Shown one piece after another: positions 56,331 to 62,090 of a stretch of 62,090 bases of DNA. The position numbers and the translations under genes are program-made. The stretch spans positions 1-62,090 of IMG/VR virus record IMGVR_UViG_3300042527_000115; one strand, written 5' to 3'. Source of the DNA: a virus. Taxonomy: Duplodnaviria > Caudoviricetes. The notes under the pieces are model-generated. The model saw only the letters and a list, made by a program, of their open reading frames with translations. It had not been told where the DNA came from and did no database searches. Numbering within the stretch: the first letter of the stretch is position 1; the number at the start of each line of letters is the position of its first letter.

Positions 56331-58709
56331 ATGGCTATTGAAAAGGCTTTATATCAAGCTCCAGTAGGGATCGAAGAGGAACCAGCCGAGGCGATTGAAA
56401 TTGAAGTCGTTGATCCGGAGTCAATGTCTATCAAGATGGATGGGGTAGAGATTGATATTGAACCCCGCGAGCTTGGTGAGACGGACTTTGATGCCAACCT
56501 AGCCGAGTTTATGAATGAGTCAGAGTTAACTCAGTTCGGATCTGAGTTAACTTCAGACGTAGAGAATGATGAGAACTCCAGAAAAGACTGGGCCGACATG
56601 TTGGTTAAAGGTCTGGAGGTCTTAGGAATTAAATATGAAGAAAGAACCGAACCCTGGAACGGAGCCTGTGGAATCTTCTCCACTTTGCTTTCAGAGGCCG
56701 CGATCAGATTCCAGTCCGAGACGATCATGGAGACCTTCCCGGCCAAGGGACCGGTCAAAACGAAAATCATAGGTCAGCCTAACAAGTTTAAGGAAGAGGC
56801 ATCCGAGCGGGTTCAGCAAGATATGAACTATCAGCTCACCGAGGTGATGGTTGAGTACCGCCCCGAGCATGAGCGACTTCTCTACTCTCTGGGTCTTCAG
56901 GGTTCAGCATTTAAAAAGGTTTACTACGATCCGAGTCTTGGCCGTCAGGTTTCTTTATTTGTGACCGCAGAAGATGTGATCGTTCCTTACGGCGCATCTA
57001 ATTTAGAAACAGCGCCTCGTATTACTCATGTAATGCGTAAAACTCGCAACGAACTAAAGCGTTTACAGGTTGCTGGCTTTTATCGTGATGTAGATCTTGG
57101 AGATCCGGTCTTTATTCAGACCGATATTGAAAGGAAGAAGGCGGAAGAGGCAGGCTTCACGCTAACTTCGGATGACAGATATACATTGCTTGAGATTCAA
57201 GCTGACCTTGACCTGCCAGGATACGAGGATAAAGATGGAATCGCACTCCCGTACATCGTTACGATTGATAAAGGGACCTCAACAGTCCTCGCCATTCGTA
57301 GAAACTGGAATCCCGATGACCCCCTTAAGCTTAAACGGACCCATTTTGTCCACTATGGCTATATTCCCGGCTTTGGCTTTTACAACCTTGGCCTCATTCA
57401 TATTATCGGTGGGTATGCTCGCGGAGGCACGACGCTTATACGTCAACTTATTGACGCAGGATCCCTGGCTAACCTTCCAGGAGGGCTTAAAGCCCGAGGT
57501 CTCCGAGTAAAAGGAGACGACACGCCGATTGCTCCGGGTGAATTTAGAGATGTAGACATTCCGGGCGGGGCAATTAAAGACAACATAATGACTCTGCCCT
57601 ATAAAGAGCCGAGTCAGACCCTTCTTGCACTGCTTAATCAAGTAAACGACGAAGCCCGTCGATTAGCCTCAGTTGCAGACATGAAAGTGTCTGACATGAG
57701 CGCACAGGCGCCGGTCGGTACCACGCTGGCTTTGCTTGAAAGACAGCTGAAGACCATGAGTGCCGTGCAGGCGAGGGTCCATCACGCGATGAAGCAGGAG
57801 TTCAAACTCCTAAAGAACATCATCCGTGACTATACGGAGGACGCTTATGCTTACGAACCGCAGAACGCACCACCCCGCGCAAAGAAAAGTGATTACGACC
57901 TTGTTGAAGTCATCCCAGTCTCTGATCCAAACGCCGCCACTATGGCGCAGCGAGTTGTCCAGTATCAGGCGGTTATTCAACTGGCTCAATCCGCGCCTCA
58001 GATTTACGACCTTCCTGCTTTACACCGCCAGATGCTTGACGTACTTGGCATTAAGGATGCAGCAAAGCTCGTACCGACCATCGACGATCAAAAGCCTGTA
58101 GATCCGGTCTCGGAAAACATGAATGCTCTGAAGGGCAAACCTCTCAAGGCATTTATCTACCAGGACCACGACGCACACATCGCAGTTCACCAGACGATGA
58201 TGCAAGATCCCAAGATCATGGGAGCGATTGGTCAAAACCCGATGGCTCAACAGATCCAGGCTTCGCTCATGGCCCACATTGCAGAACACCTTGGCTTTAA
58301 ATATCGCCGCGATATTGAGAATACGCTGGGTGTTCCGCTGCCCCCGCCGGACAAGAATCTGCCGGAGGATGTGGAAGTCAACCTGTCTCAGCTGGTGGCT
58401 CAAGCCTCGGCCCAGCTTCTCCAGAAGAACCAGGCAGAAGCAGCTCAAGCTCAAGCTCAGGCCCAGGCACAAGATCCTGTTATTCAAATGCAGCAACAGG
58501 AACTCCAGCTCCAGGCTCAGAAACTTCAGATGCAGGCCCAGAAGGATCAGGCCGAACTTACTCTCAAGGCTCAGCAGCAGGAGATCGAGCGCGAGCGGAT
58601 CATGTCCGAGAACAAACGCGAGGCTATGAGACTGGCAGCAAAAGAGCGCGGCGAAGACAAGAAAGCCCAAACCGCAATATTGAAAGAGACACTCAAACCA
58701 AAAGGATAA
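56331..58709 (+). CDS. Portal protein
   Basis: 792 aa after TerL; GSAFKKVYYD, RQLIDAG..ANLPGG, LPYKEPS; Gln-rich C-terminal barrel. Confidence 0.85.
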   Translation: MAIEKALYQAPVGIEEEPAEAIEIEVVDPESMSIKMDGVEIDIEPRELGETDFDANLAEFMNESELTQFGSELTSDVENDENSRKDWADMLVKGLEVLGIKYEERTEPWNGACGIFSTLLSEAAIRFQSETIMETFPAKGPVKTKIIGQPNKFKEEASERVQQDMNYQLTEVMVEYRPEHERLLYSLGLQGSAFKKVYYDPSLGRQVSLFVTAEDVIVPYGASNLETAPRITHVMRKTRNELKRLQVAGFYRDVDLGDPVFIQTDIERKKAEEAGFTLTSDDRYTLLEIQADLDLPGYEDKDGIALPYIVTIDKGTSTVLAIRRNWNPDDPLKLKRTHFVHYGYIPGFGFYNLGLIHIIGGYARGGTTLIRQLIDAGSLANLPGGLKARGLRVKGDDTPIAPGEFRDVDIPGGAIKDNIMTLPYKEPSQTLLALLNQVNDEARRLASVADMKVSDMSAQAPVGTTLALLERQLKTMSAVQARVHHAMKQEFKLLKNIIRDYTEDAYAYEPQNAPPRAKKSDYDLVEVIPVSDPNAATMAQRVVQYQAVIQLAQSAPQIYDLPALHRQMLDVLGIKDAAKLVPTIDDQKPVDPVSENMNALKGKPLKAFIYQDHDAHIAVHQTMMQDPKIMGAIGQNPMAQQIQASLMAHIAEHLGFKYRRDIENTLGVPLPPPDKNLPEDVEVNLSQLVAQASAQLLQKNQAEAAQAQAQAQAQDPVIQMQQQELQLQAQKLQMQAQKDQAELTLKAQQQEIERERIMSENKREAMRLAAKERGEDKKAQTAILKETLKPKG

Positions 58710-58712
58710 TGA

Positions 58713-58907
58713 ATGAATACGAGAGTGCTAGAAGTACTTTCCTCTCAGTTAGACGACCAAATTGCACAGACACAAGAATTTCTAGGTAGCGGCCAGCCGA
58801 AAGACTACGCCGAGTACCGAGAAAGTTGCGGCAAGATCCGAGGGCTGCTCGCCGCAAAACAACTAGTAGAAGACCTCGTGCGCAATTTGGAGAACTCTGA
58901 TGAGTGA
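58713..58907 (+). CDS. Small head-module protein
   Basis: DYAEYRE.CG.IRGL motif. Confidence 0.65.
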   Translation: MNTRVLEVLSSQLDDQIAQTQEFLGSGQPKDYAEYRESCGKIRGLLAAKQLVEDLVRNLENSDE

Positions 58908-59310
58908 ACTTTTAATAGGGGTAAACCCTGATGCACCGGAGGAGGCGACGGTTTTACCCGAGACTCCCGAGGAAAAGGCAAGGCAGCTGCCTAAGCCTAT
59001 GGGATACAAAATCCTTGTTTGTATCCCTGAGATCGAGGAAAAGTACGAAAGCGGCATTCTCAAAGCCGAGCAGATTATGCGGTATGAAGAACTGCTTACC
59101 AATGTCCTTTTCGTAGTTGAGCTTGGTCCGGACTGTTACAAAGATAAAGACCGTTTCCCCCACGGCCCGTGGTGTAAGAAGGGTGATTTCGTGCTGGTCA
59201 GGGCTAACACTGGTACCCGAGTCAAGATTCATGGCCGGGAATTTAGGCTGATAAATGACGATTCTGTCGAGGCCGTGGTTGAAGATCCCCGGGGAATTTC
59301 CCGTGCTTAA
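58900..59310 (+). CDS. groES: GroES-like co-chaperonin
   Basis: LPKPMGYKILV...SGI...VVELGPD...WCKKGDFV...RLINDDSV. Confidence 0.85.
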   Translation: MSELLIGVNPDAPEEATVLPETPEEKARQLPKPMGYKILVCIPEIEEKYESGILKAEQIMRYEELLTNVLFVVELGPDCYKDKDRFPHGPWCKKGDFVLVRANTGTRVKIHGREFRLINDDSVEAVVEDPRGISRA

Positions 59311-59320
59311 GGAGTAGAAA

Positions 59321-60295
59321 ATGGCTGAAGAAAAAGTAGAGTTTGAATTTCCGGACGAAAAAGAGGCTAAGGAGTCTCCCCAGAAAGAGCTTCCTCTAGA
59401 GAAAGAATCTAAGGCTAACGATTCTGATATCGAGGTTGTAGACGACACCCCGGAACAAGACCGTGGCCGAAAGCCATTGGAAGCTGCACCGGAAGATCCG
59501 TCTGAGGACGAGCTTGCCCAGTACTCGGAAAACGTCCGCAAGCGGATTGAGAAATTTACCAAGGGCTACCACGACGAGCGCCGGGCTAAAGAAGCCGCCA
59601 TGCGCGAGAAAGAGGAAGCCATTCGGCTAGCCCAAGCCATTATTGAGGAGAACAAGAAGCTTAAAGGTTCCCTGAATAAAGGCCAGGAAGCTCTAATCAA
59701 TCAGGCCAAAGCGGCCACTGAGCTAGAGCTAGAAAAGGCTAAAAAGAAATTCAAGGAAGCGTACGACGCCGGTGATTCTGAGGCGCTGGTTGAGGCACAA
59801 GATGCCCTGACCGCGGCCAAGATGAAAGCCGAGCGGATTGCTTCTTTTAAACCTACCCCTTTACAGGAGGAAGAAAAGGGAGTAGAAACGCAACAAATCG
59901 TTCAAGCGCCTCAAGCTGACACCAAAGCACTTGCCTGGCAACAAGAAAATCGGTGGTTTGGACAGGACGAGGAAATGACTAGTTTTGCGCTTGGATTGCA
60001 CCAGAAGCTAGTCAAGTCGGGCATCGACCCGAGAAGTGAAGAGTACTACGAGCGCATTGACTCTCGTATGCGACAAGTTTTTCCGGATGCCTTTGATTCT
60101 CCGGAAGATGTTACCGAGAAGGTTGAAAAGCCTGCTCGTGCCACAAAAAGCGTGGTAGCGCCTGCGACCCGCAGCACGGCCTCTAAGAAGATCGTGTTAA
60201 CACAAACGCAGGTTAACATCGCCAAGCGGCTTGGCGTTCCTTTGGAACTCTATGCCAAAAAGGTTGCAGAAGAAGCGAGGAAACAAAATGGCTGA
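59321..60295 (+). CDS. Scaffolding protein (putative)
   Basis: Acidic N-terminus, coiled coil, W...N.WF, IAKRLGVPLE.YA tail. Confidence 0.65.
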   Translation: MAEEKVEFEFPDEKEAKESPQKELPLEKESKANDSDIEVVDDTPEQDRGRKPLEAAPEDPSEDELAQYSENVRKRIEKFTKGYHDERRAKEAAMREKEEAIRLAQAIIEENKKLKGSLNKGQEALINQAKAATELELEKAKKKFKEAYDAGDSEALVEAQDALTAAKMKAERIASFKPTPLQEEEKGVETQQIVQAPQADTKALAWQQENRWFGQDEEMTSFALGLHQKLVKSGIDPRSEEYYERIDSRMRQVFPDAFDSPEDVTEKVEKPARATKSVVAPATRSTASKKIVLTQTQVNIAKRLGVPLELYAKKVAEEARKQNG

Positions 60296-60740
60296 GAACA
60301 GAAATAGTCGTGAGATAGAAAAACGTGAAACCACCGAGCGTGTAAAGAGCTGGACACCTCCTACTCTTTTACCCGAGCCAACCCCACAGGAAGGCTATGC
60401 GTTTCGTTGGATTCGTTTATCAACTCTGAATCAAGCTGATCCAACCAACTTGTCTGCCAAACTTCGCGAGGGATGGGAACCCGTCAGGGCGTCCGACCAC
60501 CCAGAACTGATGTTGCATGGGACTGACATTAATGAAAAGTTCAAAGACAACGTAGTTATTGGTGGACTGATTCTCTGCAAGACCCCGACAGAATTAGTCG
60601 AGCAACGGAATGCTCATTTTCAAAAGATCACCGAAAGCCAGACTGAATCTGTTGATAACAACTTCATGCGCGAATCTGACCCACGGATGCCGCTTTATAG
60701 AGAGCGGAAATCGTCGGTTAGCTTCGGTAAAGGCTCTTAA
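60288..60740 (+). CDS. Conserved head-module protein
   Basis: FRWIR...REGWEPV...GGLILCK. Confidence 0.65.
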   Translation: MAENRNSREIEKRETTERVKSWTPPTLLPEPTPQEGYAFRWIRLSTLNQADPTNLSAKLREGWEPVRASDHPELMLHGTDINEKFKDNVVIGGLILCKTPTELVEQRNAHFQKITESQTESVDNNFMRESDPRMPLYRERKSSVSFGKGS

Positions 60741-60760
60741 CTTTTTGAACGAGGTTTAAC

Positions 60761-61387
60761 ATGGCATATCCTGCTGTTTCAAGCCCCTACGGGCTACGTC
60801 CGATCAATTTGATCGGCGGACAGGTGTTTGCTGGCTCGACCCGTCTGCTGCCCATTGCTTCTAGCTCCGGCACCGCCATTTATTATGGTGATGTTGTGGT
60901 TCTGAACAGTGGCGGTACGATTACTAAAGTCGCAGCAACAGCGTCCGGTGTTTCCGTCGTTGGTGTTTTCCTGGGCTGCCAGTACACCAACCCCACAACC
61001 AAGCAATTGCTCCAGCAACAGTACTATCCTGGTGGCGTGACTGCAACTGACATCAAGGCTTTCGTCCTGGATGATCCGGATGCACTTATGAAAGTTGCAG
61101 TCGTTACCGCTGGTACTACCACGGTATCGTTTGTGACCCAGGCTGCTGTTGGTCAGAACACCGCTTATGTGCCGAACGCTGCTGATGGTTCGACCACGAC
61201 CGGTGATTCTGCTGCTGCCGTTTCTGCTACTACCGATACTGAGACGCCTCTGCCGTTTAAGATCGTTGATGTAGTGCCTGACACAGCAATCGCTGGTTTC
61301 CCCGGTTCTTATACCGAGGTAATCGTTAAGTTCAACTTTGGTATTCACCAGTACTACAATGCTGGCGGATCCCAGGTGTCGGCATAA
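60761..61387 (+). CDS. Capsid decoration/minor capsid protein (putative)
   Basis: PYGLRP, IYYGDVV, GVFLGCQY, DDPD; immediately upstream of MCP. Confidence 0.6.
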   Translation: MAYPAVSSPYGLRPINLIGGQVFAGSTRLLPIASSSGTAIYYGDVVVLNSGGTITKVAATASGVSVVGVFLGCQYTNPTTKQLLQQQYYPGGVTATDIKAFVLDDPDALMKVAVVTAGTTTVSFVTQAAVGQNTAYVPNAADGSTTTGDSAAAVSATTDTETPLPFKIVDVVPDTAIAGFPGSYTEVIVKFNFGIHQYYNAGGSQVSA

Positions 61388-61399
61388 GGAGCTAATTAA

Positions 61400-62090
61400 A
61401 TGGCTATTTCACGCGCACAACTACTGAAAGAGTTGCTCCCGGGCCTGAACGCACTGTTTGGTCTGCAATACGCAACCTACGGGGAAGAGCATAAAGAGAT
61501 CTATGAGACTGAGACCTCTGAGCGTTCTTTCGAAGAAGAAACCAAGCTGTCCGGATTCTCCGCCGCTCCGGTGAAGAACGAGGGCGCTGCCATTGCTTAT
61601 GACAATGCGCAGGAAGCTTTCACTGCACGTTACAACCACGAAACCATCGCCCTGGGTTTCTCGATCACCGAAGAGGCAATCGAGGACAACCTGTACGACA
61701 GCCTGTCGTCCCGGTACACCAAGGCACTGGCCCGTGCTATGGCTTATACCAAACAAGTTAAAGCCGCCAACGTGCTTAACAATGGTTTCTCCGCTAACTT
61801 CCCGGGCGGTGATGGCAAACCTCTGTTTGCTACCGATCACCCCCTGGTGTCTGGTGGAGTTAACTCAAACGAGCCGGCCACGCCTGCTGACCTGAATGAG
61901 ACCTCCCTTGAGGCGGCTGTTATTCAGATCGCTGCATGGACGGATGAGCGTGGTCTGCTGATCGCTGCCAAGCCCAAGAAGCTGATTGTTCCGCCCGCAC
62001 TGATGTTCGTGGCGACCCGTCTGCTTGAGACTGAGCTTCGCGTAGCTACGGCTGACAACGACATCAACGCCATCAAGAACAATGGTTCTA
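61400..62090 (+). CDS. Major capsid protein, 5' part
   Basis: AAGGAG RBS; MAISRAQLLKELLPGLNALFG...; open to the window end and continues at position 1. Confidence 0.92.
   Translation, partial: MAISRAQLLKELLPGLNALFGLQYATYGEEHKEIYETETSERSFEEETKLSGFSAAPVKNEGAAIAYDNAQEAFTARYNHETIALGFSITEEAIEDNLYDSLSSRYTKALARAMAYTKQVKAANVLNNGFSANFPGGDGKPLFATDHPLVSGGVNSNEPATPADLNETSLEAAVIQIAAWTDERGLLIAAKPKKLIVPPALMFVATRLLETELRVATADNDINAIKNNGS
61870..62090. repeat. Terminal direct repeat, copy 2
   Basis: Matches 1-221. Confidence 0.97.

Noticed and set aside
1-62090. Stop-codon recoding, tRNA genes, introns or inteins
   Set aside because: Core genes (TerL, portal, MCP, helicase) are intact and normal-sized in the standard code, all three stops are used, and no cloverleaf was spotted by eye (tRNAscan not run)

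Overview
The window is a complete, circularly permuted dsDNA tailed-phage genome of about 61,869 bp. Bases 1-221 repeat bases 61870-62090 with one synonymous mismatch, and the join falls inside the major capsid gene. A rightward virion module (TerS, TerL, portal, GroES, scaffold, MCP, adaptors, tail fibres, a block of 2OG-Fe(II) oxygenases, holin, HEG and lysozyme, ejection proteins, a large polyvalent protein) is followed by a rightward recombination/replication module (PD-(D/E)XK nuclease, ERF, SSB, PAPS-reductase family, ParB-like, SF2 helicase, TOPRIM primase) and a leftward early module. I see no tape-measure gene, DNA polymerase, integrase or tRNA, so a short-tailed morphology is inferred. 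The standout locus is 46315-48608 (- strand). It has a stand-alone Cas7/RAMP-like gene, a conserved accessory gene and a cUUCGg hairpin. These are followed by a 12-unit non-coding array in which GGCAG-YY anchors separate runs of NN-GGH pentamers (unit lengths 5n+4), then a sigma70-r4-like HTH gene. It looks like a non-CRISPR, RNA-guided system with a gapped dinucleotide code. Other highlights are a candidate antisense sRNA (about 40755-40857) complementary to the ribosome-binding sites of the first genes of two early operons, and a structured non-coding island that may be the origin. There are also two families of repeated operators and a 3.6-kb region strongly enriched in palindromic 6-mers. 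All family assignments come from motif recognition by eye; no searches were run.
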